Part shown: positions 48,747-60,500 of the stretch, piece after piece | How the letters are laid out: every line of letters starts with the position of its first letter | How positions within the stretch are numbered: position 1 is the first letter of the stretch | Origin: Candidatus Melainabacteria bacterium 17Bon1m | GTDB taxonomy: Bacteria; Cyanobacteriota; Vampirovibrionia; Obscuribacterales; Obscuribacteraceae | Reading direction: 5' to 3' | DNA length: 64,000 nt | NCBI GenBank assembly: GCA_032128875.1 | Contig: JAVLKG010000005.1 | Span: 320,001-384,000, forward strand | Position numbers and translations under genes: made by a program | The notes under the pieces: model-generated | Databases searched by the model: none | The model's input: the letters and a program-made list of their open reading frames with translations, nothing else | What the model was told of the DNA's origin: nothing

Positions 48747-49071
48747 ATACCTTTAGCTTAATCTTTTCCAGTTTAAGTTGGAGCGGCCTTTCGAGTGATC
48801 TCGATGTGTATTTTGTGCCCCAAATTAGTGATTTAACTGTTGAAGAAGCTCAAAAACAACGAGAGAGGGTTCCCCCCCTCTCGCCCCTCCGATATAAATT
48901 CTTTCCTCACTTGCCAGGTGGGCTTTCAGCCGCGACAGGCGTTCGTTTGAGGATGTTTCAAATATAAGGCGAGTTTTGCCCGGAGTTGTTATCAACTTGT
49001 AAACGAATTCGATAATGCACTGCTCTGTCGCCTGAGATGCTTGCCAAGGTTGTGTTTGGCGCAGTTTTGGC

Positions 49072-49506
49072 TCAATTGCCTTTTCGGCGCTCTAGCCAGG
49101 CTACGCGACCCTTTAGCTGTCTGGTGAAAGGCACTAGCGTGACGTTCAGAATTGCCTCATTTGCATGCGTAGACGGCACTCCGGGTTTTTTACTTACAGT
49201 AATGTGTAAGGTGCCGCCGTCGAAAGGTCTCTCGCTCGAACCGTCGATTGAGACGACCAGTACCTGAATTTCCTCATTTACGGAAAAGCCTCTCGTTTCA
49301 AACTGGAGCGAGTCTCCAACGCAGCGCCCTCCCGGTATCCAGTCTGGCGAAAATGCCTCGCCATTGTGCGTGTAGGCAAGCGTTACGTGGTGGGCTCGCA
49401 CCTCTTCGTAGAGAGCGAGCTCCCGCACTAATTGGCGGCTGTCTTCGTCCAGCTCAACAGCCAAATACTTGCTTTCGTCATTGCTTTGCGAGTATGGGGC
49501 GCTCAT
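49072..49506 (-). CDS. 2H-phosphoesterase-like protein
   Basis: Two HxT motifs (HHVTL, LHITVS) about 65 aa apart; ATGA overlap with the upstream gene. Confidence 0.65.
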   Translation of the reverse strand: MSAPYSQSNDESKYLAVELDEDSRQLVRELALYEEVRAHHVTLAYTHNGEAFSPDWIPGGRCVGDSLQFETRGFSVNEEIQVLVVSIDGSSERPFDGGTLHITVSKKPGVPSTHANEAILNVTLVPFTRQLKGRVAWLERRKGN

Positions 49507-49790
49507 TCCTCAAGCCACTCCAGGACTTCTGCCTGACGTTTTATCTCTTCTATCATCTCGTACAACGAAGAAGCGTCCTGAGCCGGAACAGAGCCCGTTG
49601 GTACGGTTATGACTTTGACCGTGACGGCTCGAGAGCCCAATTCCAGATGGACCAGGTCGCCATCTTTGAGTGTCAGCGATGATTTGGCGGGACGATCATT
49701 GACATAAACTCGATTCTGATCGCAGGCCATTTGCGCCACGGTACGGCGTTTTATCAATCTGGAGACTTTTAGCCACTTATCTAGTCGCAT
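49503..49790 (-). CDS. rqcP: S4-domain RNA-binding protein (RqcP/YabO, Hsp15 family)
   Basis: MRLDKWLKVSRLIKRRTVA..CD..RVYVN..AKSS..LKDGD, 95 aa. Confidence 0.85.
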   Translation of the reverse strand: MRLDKWLKVSRLIKRRTVAQMACDQNRVYVNDRPAKSSLTLKDGDLVHLELGSRAVTVKVITVPTGSVPAQDASSLYEMIEEIKRQAEVLEWLEE

Positions 49791-49882
49791 TGAGAAAACT
49801 CTATCTCTGTATAAAACCGAAAACGCGGATTATATCTGAGCGTGTCTCGAATTAGCTGTTTGTGTGGCGCTCGGTTAAGCAG

Positions 49883-52765
49883 CTAGTAAACAGAATGCTT
49901 TGCAGCAAAAGGATAAGCCGTCAGGCTTGTGATTTCCAATCGCACATTCTCGAACTGGCAACTAGAACGCTGCATCTCTTCCGGCTCGACAGGACGCGTC
50001 AGATTGTGAAAGATAGGACTGAGAACATGCATGCGCACTTCCACGGAATTGAGTTTTCCTGGAAACGCCCGCGGTGTAAGCGGGCACGCTACATCGAATT
50101 GGCGCCATTCATTCGATGGAGGCAATACTTTCGGTGCCCATGGCGCATTGTAGGAGAATTCATCATTTTTCTCGGATGACTTGGTGATTACTTCCACGCC
50201 TGGCGAGAGTTTGCCTTTTGTTTTATAACGCCCGGATACTCGAATCATCCACTGATCTCCGCTGGAATAATCCGGTACCGGACTCAATTTCATCGTTTTG
50301 AAGATCTCGTTTGTCAGCGACAGCTTCGGTTCAACGTTTACTTCCTTGACTTCTTGAAAGGATAAAAGCTTTGATTGCTTTTGATTTTCGCCCGTTGGCT
50401 CAGGCAAAAGTAGTCGCACGTAGTGACCGGCGTCACCCTTTTGCGCATTTAGCTTGCGGTCGGTGCGGGGATCGCAAATTCCGCCTCGACGTTCTACTCC
50501 GTAGAAAGCTTTGTCCCAGCTGGAATATTGCCAGTCTGGCACAATCAGTTCAGCATCGTCGCGAGTCAGTGCTTTAAACAATCGCGTGCGTCCGTGAGTC
50601 GTTCGTTTCACTGTTATCCGCATGGAATGGCTGCCTTCCTGGCTGGCACGAGAACCAGCCATCAGTGACGGCTCTGTCTCGGCCGGAATAGCAACGAGAA
50701 ACCATTGCCGAACATCATTATTGCCAACGCCGACTACGCTGGAAAAGCTCTCGAAGCAACATTCGGCCACACGTGTGAGTTCGTTGCCACGCCTTTCGAA
50801 ATTGTCTTGATCGTCCAGCAATGAAAGTCCCGGGACATAGGGGCCAGTCAAACTCTTGCCATCGATTGTAATGGAGAGCCCATTGGTAAGGCTATCCAGA
50901 CTTTCGGAATCGACCATCAAATAAGCTTTGCCGTCCCGCACGTACTTAGCCACTGCAGGTGGTGCTACTAGTTCGAATGTGACTCCGTCTCCTGCTCTGT
51001 TGAATGTGACCGCACGCTCAAACCATCTGCCATTGGCTCGTACTGGTAAGCAGAGCGATGAGAACGTAAGAATCATTATGCTGAAGAGCAAAATATTAGT
51101 CAGCGAGCGGGAATACGATCCTGCTTGCCTCTTATTGATAAGTACATAGGTCATGCCGCCGAGAAAGAGAAATAGAACGATCTTCAGTCCAATCGTGGTC
51201 ATAATGCCGATTTCGGCGGCGCCACGTTCGCCAAAAGCATTGACCAGCATCGCTAACGGATCGGCCAATACAAAGATAGTAAAGAGCAAATAGATGGATG
51301 GATAAGCCAGTTCCAGAACATCCGTCTTTTCCCTGTTCAAATTTCCTAAATGCCTTAGGCGGCGTAATCCCCAGGCACCAAAGACTATGAGAAACGGCAT
51401 GGCTGTAAGGTTATATCGTCCAACCGTGATGAAAAACATGTATGGCAAATGCATCAGCAGTACGAGCACCATAAAGATGACACCCGTCATGCGTCCTCTC
51501 CACTTATTGGTTTTTTCTTTGACGCCGTCGAGACTGAGAATTATTCCTGCAGCAGCAAAAGCAATGATGAATTGATGCAATACGTCTTGTGCAGGCGGCG
51601 AAAAGAGCCCCAGCCAGGTTTTGAAATCGTTCCAGCCGCACTTGAATAGTCGAGGAATTTTGTCCTGCAAGAGCCATAGAAATGGAAGGGGGTCATCAGA
51701 TAAATGAGTGATCAACTGCAGGTTGACCGTGCGGTCCATAATCGGTTTGAAGTGCAGCGGGAAGCCCGTCCATCCTTGCGTTTGGGACGACGTGCCCAAG
51801 CCGAAATTGAGACGACTGACACGATCTATAACTAGGTTGGATTCCCCGACAATCAATTCTTGTGCTGCAAACCACGGCATGACGACAAGAGCAAATCCAA
51901 CCACGAAGGAAGCCAGTGACCCAATTCGCATTTTGCCGTTCAGTCTGAAAAACAGCATAAGGAATACAACAGCAGACAAGGGCAAAAGGGTTGTGCGTGC
52001 CAGCGACAGGCAAGCTGCGACACATCCGAGAAAAATTGCAGCGGGAAGGATTTTTAGAAAAAGAAGTCTTTCTCCAGTCCTTTCTTCTGACGAACGATTT
52101 TGAGTTTGCGCGACAAAAAGGAAGACGTAGGAGAACAAAACAAGCAAAAATGCAGCATAGGTTTCTGTGCAAGCGCGCCCGCAATTGATAATAAACGGCG
52201 GGTAAATTGCAGCTATGGCACCAGCCATAACGCCGGTCTTGCGGTCGAAGAGCTGACGTCCAATTGCCGCGACAAGAACAACCATCACAGACGAAATCAT
52301 GCACTGCGCTGCTACTGGCTTCACCCAATCATTGGGATCGTAAGCAGACATCGTCAAAATATTGGAAAGGACAAGAAAAACTGGATAGGAAGGGCCCGAC
52401 AACATCAAAGGTTGTAATGCCGATAATCTTTCGTGCACATATGAGGCAACAGCCGCATTAGCACTGCCAGTCAGCAATGCCAGGCAGTCTTTCGCGAAAC
52501 TTGCAGGAAGAGTGTTAAGCTCGGCAATTGCCTTAGCAGCATTTATATATCCAACCGCATCAAAGCCTGCATATGCATTGATGTGAGTGTGGAAGAAGCA
52601 GAACCAGAGACGAATCAGCAGCGCGATGGCGAACAACCAAAAGAGCGCGCCGCGCACACCCTGCTTGGAGATATCTCCTTTATCTTCCTGAGGCAAAAAC
52701 GGCTCAGAATCTTCGTTTGTAAGCAGTCGATACACTGATATGTCGGGTTCGCCAATCGGGCGCAT
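49883..52765 (-). CDS. Large GT-C (GT39/ArnT-like) membrane glycosyltransferase with extracytoplasmic C-terminal domains
   Basis: DAVGY, PSYPVFL, AAIYPPF, TE and RY motifs, more than 12 TMs, about 380-aa beta-rich tail. Confidence 0.75.
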   Translation of the reverse strand: MRPIGEPDISVYRLLTNEDSEPFLPQEDKGDISKQGVRGALFWLFAIALLIRLWFCFFHTHINAYAGFDAVGYINAAKAIAELNTLPASFAKDCLALLTGSANAAVASYVHERLSALQPLMLSGPSYPVFLVLSNILTMSAYDPNDWVKPVAAQCMISSVMVVLVAAIGRQLFDRKTGVMAGAIAAIYPPFIINCGRACTETYAAFLLVLFSYVFLFVAQTQNRSSEERTGERLLFLKILPAAIFLGCVAACLSLARTTLLPLSAVVFLMLFFRLNGKMRIGSLASFVVGFALVVMPWFAAQELIVGESNLVIDRVSRLNFGLGTSSQTQGWTGFPLHFKPIMDRTVNLQLITHLSDDPLPFLWLLQDKIPRLFKCGWNDFKTWLGLFSPPAQDVLHQFIIAFAAAGIILSLDGVKEKTNKWRGRMTGVIFMVLVLLMHLPYMFFITVGRYNLTAMPFLIVFGAWGLRRLRHLGNLNREKTDVLELAYPSIYLLFTIFVLADPLAMLVNAFGERGAAEIGIMTTIGLKIVLFLFLGGMTYVLINKRQAGSYSRSLTNILLFSIMILTFSSLCLPVRANGRWFERAVTFNRAGDGVTFELVAPPAVAKYVRDGKAYLMVDSESLDSLTNGLSITIDGKSLTGPYVPGLSLLDDQDNFERRGNELTRVAECCFESFSSVVGVGNNDVRQWFLVAIPAETEPSLMAGSRASQEGSHSMRITVKRTTHGRTRLFKALTRDDAELIVPDWQYSSWDKAFYGVERRGGICDPRTDRKLNAQKGDAGHYVRLLLPEPTGENQKQSKLLSFQEVKEVNVEPKLSLTNEIFKTMKLSPVPDYSSGDQWMIRVSGRYKTKGKLSPGVEVITKSSEKNDEFSYNAPWAPKVLPPSNEWRQFDVACPLTPRAFPGKLNSVEVRMHVLSPIFHNLTRPVEPEEMQRSSCQFENVRLEITSLTAYPFAAKHSVY

Positions 52766-52839
52766 ACGATGCGCCGCTACATCATCTGGTTATAACGCAC
52801 TTCACAGAATAAGCGCCCAGTCTACTTCTTTGATAGTGT

Positions 52840-54342
52840 ATGCTCATAACTGGCGGTCAAACTATTTTTAGTGCTTGTCCGCAATCGGAGACTCTAATGT
52901 GCAGACAACACCTCATAAATACGCCTCGTGAAGGTTCGATTCAAGGTGTATCTAGACCCGGCAATTTCCTAGCCAGTGTTTTTCTTTCGGTAATTGCTGT
53001 CGTGAGCCTTTCTTCTTGCGGCACCAAGAGCGATTCTGCGGATGCATCGCTTTCCAATCATTCAGTCCCGTCCGGTCCGAAATTAATAAAAGTTAGTGAG
53101 AAAGTTGCACAGCAAATAGATATCCAGCATGAGGTCATTGAGAAACGGTCGCTGACTATTCCCATGCATGTGACTGGAAAAATCGAGCCCGATCTCGGCA
53201 AGGAAGTTGATGTCACCAGCCGTATTAGCGGCCGCGTGAAAGAGATTCGCGTTGCACCCGGTCAAGAGGTCAAACGCGGGCAAATTATGGCTGTTCTCGA
53301 CAGCCAAGAAATTTCCGACCTGCAAGCTGAACTCATTGAAGCAAAAGCCAAGTTGAATATCGCCGAGGCTCACGAAGAGCGAGAGCGGATGATTTACGCT
53401 GAATTGTTGGTTCGTCCCAAGTCGCTAATCGAGGCTCAAACTCAATTTGATGCCATCCAAGTCCAGAAGGATTTAGCCGAGACTGAATTTCACCGTCAGG
53501 AAGGTTTGTACAAAGAAAAGATTTCCGCTCAAAAGGACTACCTGGCAGCCAAAGCTGCGTCGGCGACCGCAAATGCCAACTACGAGCAAGCCCTCATCGC
53601 TTACGAGCGCGAAAAGAATTTGTTCAAGAACAAGGCAATGCTCAGAAAAGACTTGCAGTTGGCAGAAGCAGAAACTGCCAAGGAGAGACAGCACTACAAC
53701 ACGCTTAAGCAAAGACTTGATTTCTTGGGCGCCGATGTCAGCATCCTTTCAAATGTATTGAGTACTGGGCATATCAGTGGACTTGTCCGTATCGTAGCTC
53801 CGGTCTCTGGAATCGTAAGCCACCATGATCTGGCAGTAGGAGAGCTTGTCCATCCAGACAAGAGCATTTTCAAAGTCACCGATTTATCCTCGGTCGCTGT
53901 GAAGGCGGACCTTCCGGAAGTAGATATCTCGCGTGTCAAACTTGGCGGCAAAGTGAAGGTCAACGTGCCGAGCTACCCGAACGAACAGTTCTACGCAACG
54001 GTCAGTTTTATTAGTGAGCACGTTAATCCAGAGACCCGCACAGTATCGGTGCGTGCGCGCTTGCCTAATACAGCGCGCAAGTTCAAATTGCAGATGTTCG
54101 CAGAAATTGACCTGGAAGGGGCGGCACGAGATTTGCTCGCCTGTCCGAAATCAGCCATTCAAGAACTCGATGGCAAGCCGGTAGTCTTTGTCAAAAGGGC
54201 GGAAGGCTATGAAGAAAGACATATCAAAACCGGTGTCGATACAGAAAAGTATGTCGAGGTTCTCTCAGGATTGGAGCAAGGTGAAGACGTGGTCACGCAG
54301 GGAAGTTTGATGCTTCGCACGGAGCTTACCTATAAGCACTAG
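52840..54342 (+). CDS. czcB: RND efflux periplasmic adaptor (CzcB-like), lipoprotein
   Basis: LSSC lipobox, SRISGRV..GQEVKRG, APVSG, VNPETRT, GLEQGEDVVTQG. True start probably downstream of 52840. Confidence 0.88.
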   Translation: MLITGGQTIFSACPQSETLMCRQHLINTPREGSIQGVSRPGNFLASVFLSVIAVVSLSSCGTKSDSADASLSNHSVPSGPKLIKVSEKVAQQIDIQHEVIEKRSLTIPMHVTGKIEPDLGKEVDVTSRISGRVKEIRVAPGQEVKRGQIMAVLDSQEISDLQAELIEAKAKLNIAEAHEERERMIYAELLVRPKSLIEAQTQFDAIQVQKDLAETEFHRQEGLYKEKISAQKDYLAAKAASATANANYEQALIAYEREKNLFKNKAMLRKDLQLAEAETAKERQHYNTLKQRLDFLGADVSILSNVLSTGHISGLVRIVAPVSGIVSHHDLAVGELVHPDKSIFKVTDLSSVAVKADLPEVDISRVKLGGKVKVNVPSYPNEQFYATVSFISEHVNPETRTVSVRARLPNTARKFKLQMFAEIDLEGAARDLLACPKSAIQELDGKPVVFVKRAEGYEERHIKTGVDTEKYVEVLSGLEQGEDVVTQGSLMLRTELTYKH

Positions 54343-54392
54343 CTCAATCAAAAAGAGACAGGTAGATTCAGGAGGGGGCTGAAAATTACTAA

Positions 54393-57300
54393 ATGATCGA
54401 CAAGATCATTACCTTTGCTATGCGGGAGCGACTCCTGACCATTGCTGCATTCGTTGGCATGGCCATGTTTGGAGCCTGGTGTACGCTGACTTTGCCTGTT
54501 GATTCGTTTCCGGACGTGAGTAACGTTCAGGTGCAAATCATCTCCGATTGCGAAACGCTGGCAACAGAAGAAGTCGAGAGCTTGATTACGTTTCCGATTG
54601 AAAACGGGCTGAATGGCTTGCCCAAGGTAAATAAGATCCGCTCCAACTCGAGTTTTGGCCTCTCGGTTGTTACTGTAATTTTTGACGACGACACTGATGT
54701 GTATTGGGCTCGCAATCTCGTTCAGCAAAGACTGAGCCAGATCGAACTGCCGGCATGGGCGCCTACGCCCCACCTGGGTCCGGTTGTATCTACTTTCAGT
54801 AACGTATTCAATTACTATCTTGTCTCCGATCGTCATGACATGATCGAGTTGCGCACCATCCAAGATTGGCAAGTGGCACGACGTTTGAAGTCTGTTCAGG
54901 GCGTTGGCAACGTTGTCAGCTACGGCGGCTTCGTCAAACAATATCAAGTGCTCGTCGATCCTAACGTGCTGAAAGGCTACGGGGTGACGATTCCCGACGT
55001 AAAAAATGCGCTCACCAATAACAATATAAATGCGGGTGGAAACTTCATTGAGCGCGGCGGCGAGGAAATTATTATTCGCGGGCTGGGGCGAATCGAAAAC
55101 GAAAACGACATAAAGAACGTTGTTTTGAAAACGGTTGGCGGTACCCCGGTAAAAGTTGGACAAGTGGCTCAGGTTGTTGTCGGACCAGCTTTCAGACGCG
55201 GTTCGGCTTCAATGAATGGCAAGGGTGAGGTTGTCACTGGCATGGTGCTCACTCGCAAGGGGGTTAACACAAAAGACGTTGTAGAGAAGGTTCGTCACCG
55301 CATCGAAGAAATCCGCAAAGAATTGCCGGCCGGCGTCACACTGCATGCGTATTACGATCAAACCGAGCTTGTAGAGAAGACGATTGAAACAGTAAAAGAG
55401 ATTTTGATGTTCTCTGGTGGTTTGGTTATCGTCATTCTGACCGCCATCATGTTGCACATTCCCAGCGGTTTGATCGTTGCTGTCATCATTCCTCTGTCAC
55501 TGCTTTTCTCCTTCATTCTTATGAAGTACACGGGACTCACGGCTAACTTGATGACCCTGGGAGCGGTTGATTTCGGTGTTATTGTCGACGCTGGGGTGGT
55601 CATGGTGGAAAACATATTCCGCCAACTTTCTATTGCCAATGAGCATAAGAAAGAAGGCGAGAAGATCAACCACTATCAAATAATCATCACCGCAGCGCGC
55701 GAGGTCGGGCGACCGATTGCATTTGCAGTCATTATTATTGTTTCTGTCTATCTGCCCCTTTTCACGCTTGAGGGAGTCGAGGGGAGGATGTTCCACCCCC
55801 TGGCACTCACTTTTATTTATGCCATCTTGGGCGCCTTGATCGCCTCTTTGACGGTCATTCCAATTCTTTGCTATTGGTTCTTGAGGGGAAATATCAAAGA
55901 AAAACACAATCCTGTGGTGGAGAAAATTCACCAGTGGCACGAGCCTTTGCTTGCAAAATCAATGGATCATCCATATTTCACTGTCCTGATTGCCGTCGGT
56001 ATTCTTATCGCCAGCTTTGCTGCAATACCTTTTTTAGGCTCCGAGTTCATTCCTACTCTGGATGAAGGTTCGATTCTGTTGCGTACCAAGCTATCGCCTA
56101 GCGTCGCGCACTCTGAGTCTATGCGCGTTGCCGGTGAAGTCGAGGAGATGATCAAAAAATTTCCTGAAGTTACCGTTGTCGTGTCTCGTATTGGTCGCTC
56201 CGGCATGGGCTCCGACCTTGAAGGCGTGGACAATGCGGATGTCTACATCGGTTTGAAACCGAAGAAAGAGTGGACTTCTGCGCATGATAAAGAAGAACTT
56301 GTCAATCTGATGTCGAAAGAGGTGGAAGGTATCCCAGGTCTTATCCACTCATTCTCTCAGCCGATTGGCGACATGATCGATGACCTTGTCGCCGGTATTA
56401 AAGCCGACCTTGGGATCAAAATCTTTGGCGAAGACTTGAAGGTTCTTGATAAAACCGCAAAGCAAGTTGAGAACATTGTGTCGAAGGTGCCTGGTGCGGC
56501 GGATATGCAGCGCGAGCATATCTTGGGCTTGCCGCAGATGACCATCAAGATGAAACGCGACGTAATCGCGCGGTATGGGCTGAATGTTGCTGACATTCAA
56601 GAAATTATTGAAACCGCGGTTGCAGGAAAAGTTGTCACCGATGTTGTTGAAGACAACAGGCGATTCGGGTTGCTAATTCGTTTGCCCAGCCAATTCCGTG
56701 ACACAGAAAACGATATCGAAAGTATTCTCATCGACACGCCGGATGGAGCCAAAGTGCCTCTTAAGCAATTGGCCGACATAAAGTTGCCGCGCGGAACCGT
56801 GATGATTAACCGCGAGGATGGTCAGAGAAGAACTGCTGTCTTAGCCAATGTGCGGGGCCGCGACTTGGGTTCTTTCGTTGAAGAAGCTCAACAGAGAATC
56901 AATCAGGAGCTTCAGTTGCCGAAGGGCTATCGCATTGTCTGGGGTGGACAATTTGAAAACCAACAGCGCGCCATGACTCGATTGGCGGTTGTTGTGCCGG
57001 TCGTCCTTCTGCTTATCTTCATTCTACTTTTTGCATCTTTCAATTCGCTTAAGAACGCCGCGCTCATTATGATGAATGTTCCGTTCGCTCTAATCGGCGG
57101 AATTCTAGCCTTGCTTATTTCGAGGCAAACGCTCTCCGTACCTGCGATTATCGGCTTTATCTCACTGTTTGGTGTGGCTGTGCAGAACGGGGTCATTCTT
57201 GTCAGCTATATCATGCAGCTGCAAAATCGAGGATATAAAGTTCGAGAGGCTGCGATGGAAGGAGTCACCGTGCGGCTGCGCCCGGTGCTTATGACCGCGC

Positions 57301-57488
57301 TCGTCGCCATTATGGGATTCATGCCGCTCATTCTTTCCCATGGAACCGGCGCCGAGGTGCAGCGTCCGCTCGCTACCGTCGTGGTCGGCGGGTTGGTTTC
57401 AGCGACTCTTCTGACTTTGTTCGTGCTGCCGACTGTTTACACACTCATCAATAAAGACAGTGATGAAGAGGAACAGCCGAGTGGCTAG
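54393..57488 (+). CDS. czcA: Heavy-metal RND efflux permease (CzcA type), copy 1
   Basis: LPVDSFPDVSNVQV, AVDFGVIVDAGVVMVEN, RLRPVLMT, GAEVQRPLA. Confidence 0.95.
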   Translation: MIDKIITFAMRERLLTIAAFVGMAMFGAWCTLTLPVDSFPDVSNVQVQIISDCETLATEEVESLITFPIENGLNGLPKVNKIRSNSSFGLSVVTVIFDDDTDVYWARNLVQQRLSQIELPAWAPTPHLGPVVSTFSNVFNYYLVSDRHDMIELRTIQDWQVARRLKSVQGVGNVVSYGGFVKQYQVLVDPNVLKGYGVTIPDVKNALTNNNINAGGNFIERGGEEIIIRGLGRIENENDIKNVVLKTVGGTPVKVGQVAQVVVGPAFRRGSASMNGKGEVVTGMVLTRKGVNTKDVVEKVRHRIEEIRKELPAGVTLHAYYDQTELVEKTIETVKEILMFSGGLVIVILTAIMLHIPSGLIVAVIIPLSLLFSFILMKYTGLTANLMTLGAVDFGVIVDAGVVMVENIFRQLSIANEHKKEGEKINHYQIIITAAREVGRPIAFAVIIIVSVYLPLFTLEGVEGRMFHPLALTFIYAILGALIASLTVIPILCYWFLRGNIKEKHNPVVEKIHQWHEPLLAKSMDHPYFTVLIAVGILIASFAAIPFLGSEFIPTLDEGSILLRTKLSPSVAHSESMRVAGEVEEMIKKFPEVTVVVSRIGRSGMGSDLEGVDNADVYIGLKPKKEWTSAHDKEELVNLMSKEVEGIPGLIHSFSQPIGDMIDDLVAGIKADLGIKIFGEDLKVLDKTAKQVENIVSKVPGAADMQREHILGLPQMTIKMKRDVIARYGLNVADIQEIIETAVAGKVVTDVVEDNRRFGLLIRLPSQFRDTENDIESILIDTPDGAKVPLKQLADIKLPRGTVMINREDGQRRTAVLANVRGRDLGSFVEEAQQRINQELQLPKGYRIVWGGQFENQQRAMTRLAVVVPVVLLLIFILLFASFNSLKNAALIMMNVPFALIGGILALLISRQTLSVPAIIGFISLFGVAVQNGVILVSYIMQLQNRGYKVREAAMEGVTVRLRPVLMTALVAIMGFMPLILSHGTGAEVQRPLATVVVGGLVSATLLTLFVLPTVYTLINKDSDEEEQPSG

Positions 57489-57555
57489 GTGTCCCGTTTT
57501 ACACACTATTCATCGGCAACCGCAAGGAGTTGTCTGACGACCGGCGGCGATAAAG

Positions 57556-60500
57556 TTGATAGACAAACTAATCACTTTTGCTATCACGCAGCGCTTACTC
57601 ACATGCGCCGCGGTCATTGTAATGGCGGCTTTTGGCGTGTTTTGCATGATGAGCTTGCCGGTCGACTCGTTTCCTGACGTAAGTAACGTGCAGGTGCAGG
57701 TAATCACCGACTGCGAAACGCTCGCCACCGAGGAAGTTGAAAGCCTCATTACTTATCCCATCGAGTATGTAATGAGCGGTTTGCACAAGGTGACCAATAT
57801 CCGCTCCAACTCTAGTTTCGGCTTGTCTGTTGTGACGGTGATTTTCGAGGACGATACCGATGTCTACTGGGCGCGCAATCTAGTCCAGCAAAGGCTTATG
57901 CAAGTGGAGTTACCTACCTGGGCGCCGACGCCGCAATTGGGTCCTGTGGTTTCCACATTCAGTAACGTTTACAACTATTACCTGAGGAGCGATCGTCACG
58001 ACCTTACCGAGTTGCGAACCATTCAAGATTGGTATCTGGCCAAACGCTTACGCGCAGTGCAAGGCGTCGGCAATGTCGTCAGTTATGGCGGCTATGTAAA
58101 ACAGTATCAAGTGCAAGTGAACCCGCGACTCATGGCTGGCTATGGAATCACGCTTCACGAGCTGGTTGTTGCACTGACCCGCAACAACATCAATGCGGGT
58201 GGCAACTTCTTAGAGCGAGCCAATGAAGAAATCATTGTGCGTGGAATTGGGCGTATCGAGACGACGAAGGACATAGAGGAAATTGTTCTAAAAGCTGTGG
58301 ATGGAACACCTGTGAAGGTAGGCGAAGTCGCGAAAGTCGTGATTGGTCCGGCATTCCGTCGTGGTTCGGCTTCGATGGACGGGAAAGGCGAGGTGGTCAC
58401 CGGCATGGTTCTCACTCGAAAGGGTGTGAACACGAAAGCCGTTGTCGAGAAAGTTCGCGAGCGAATTGAAGAACTGAAGAAAGAGTTGCCGCCTGGTGTT
58501 GAGCTTGTTTCATACTACGACCAAACCGAATTGGTCGAAAAGACCATTGAAACAGTAAAAGAGATATTGATGTTCAGCGGCTGGCTGGTCATTGTTGTTT
58601 TAACTGCAATCTTGCTGCATATCCCGAGCGGTTTGATCGTCTCTGTCATCATTCCGTTGTCACTTCTTTTCTCTTTCATCTTGATGAAGTACACCGGATT
58701 GTCTGCCAATTTGATGACTCTAGGCGCCGTTGATTTCGGCGTTATCGTCGACGCCGGTGTTGTTATGGTTGAAAACATCTACCGGCAACTGGCAATCGCG
58801 CACGAGCACGAAACGGAAGACCGCCATGCCAACCACTTTCAGGTAGTTCTCAACGCTGCCAGAGAAGTGGGACGTCCGATTGTCTTCGCTATCTTTATCA
58901 TTGTCTCTGTCTACTTGCCGCTCTTCTCTTTAGAAGGGATCGAAGGCAAGATGTTCCACCCTCTGGCGCTCACGTTTATCTATGCGATTCTTGGCGCGCT
59001 GCTGTTGTCTTTGACGATTGTACCTGTGCTTTGCTACTGGTTTCTTCGCGGCACCATAAGGGAGAAGCATAATCCATTCGTAGAGGCTGCAAAAAACCTC
59101 CACGAGCCTGCCCTTCAGCGGACGATGAAACACCCCTGGGCAACTGCTTTTGTTTGTATTGGTGCTCTGGTTGGAAGCTTTTGCCTTGTACCTTTTCTAG
59201 GCTCAGAGTTTATTCCAACACTCGATGAAGGCTCAATTCTCTTGCGAACCAAACTATCACCCAGCGTTGCGCACACTGAATCAATGCGTGTAGCGCAGCG
59301 TGTAGAAGAGTCGATGAAGAAGTTTCCGGAAGTGACGGGGGTTGTGTCGCGGATTGGTCGCTCCGGCATGGGCTCTGACCTTGAAGGTGTAGAAAACGCT
59401 GACGTTTATATAGGTCTCAAGCCGAAGGAGCAGTGGACGACAACTCATGATAAAGAAAAGCTCGTCATGTTGATGGCAAAGGAATTGGAAGGTATTCCGG
59501 GCTTGATTTTCTCTTTCTCCCAGCCGATTGCGGACATGATCGATGACCTTGTCGCCGGTATTAAAGCCGACCTTGGCATCAAGATCTTTGGTGATGATTT
59601 GGAAACTTTGGATAAGCTTGCTTCAGACATTGAAACTTCAATTTCGGCGGTGCCCGGTTGTGCTGATTTGCAGAGAGAGCACATTCTTGGCTTGCCTCAA
59701 ATGACTCTAAAACTGGACCGCAACGTGATGGCGAGATATGGACTCAACGTTACCGACATCCAGGATGTTCTGCAAAACGAAATTGCAGGCAATGTAATTA
59801 CCGACGTTATTGAAGGCAATATGCGGTTTGGATTGCTCACTAGACTGCCTGTACAGATGAGAGACACAAAAGAAAAAATTGAAGCGCTGATGATCGATAC
59901 TCCAACTGGAGCGCGAGTGCCGTTGAAGCAATTGGCGAAAATCGATTTGCCCAGAGGAACAGCGATGATCAATCGAGAGGAAACATATCGGCGTACTGCT
60001 GTTCTTGCCAATGTTCGCGGACGCGATTTGGGATCATTCGTAGGCGAAGCACAAGAGAGGATTAAGAAAGACGTGAAAATTCCCAAGGGCTATCGGCTCG
60101 TTTGGGGGGGGACATTTGAGAACCAGCAACGAGCTATGGTGCGGCTTTCGATTGTTGTGCCGATTGTTTTATTGCTGATTTTCTTGTTGCTCTATGCGTC
60201 CTTTAATTCGTTCAAGAACGCCGGACTAATCATGTTGAACGTGCCGTTTGCGATGATAGGCGGGATTGTGGCGCTGTTCTTATCGCATCAAACAGTATCA
60301 GTGCCTGCAATCATCGGCTTTATCGCATTGTTTGGCGTGTCCGTACAGAACGGTGTGATACTTGTGACTTATATCATGCACTTGCAGCGGCGGGGCGTGC
60401 CTGTTGCTCAGGCTGCTGTTGAAGGCGCTGCCATTCGTTTGCGTCCGGTTTTGATGACCGCATTGGTGGCAATTATGGGTCTAATTCCAAAAATCGTTTC

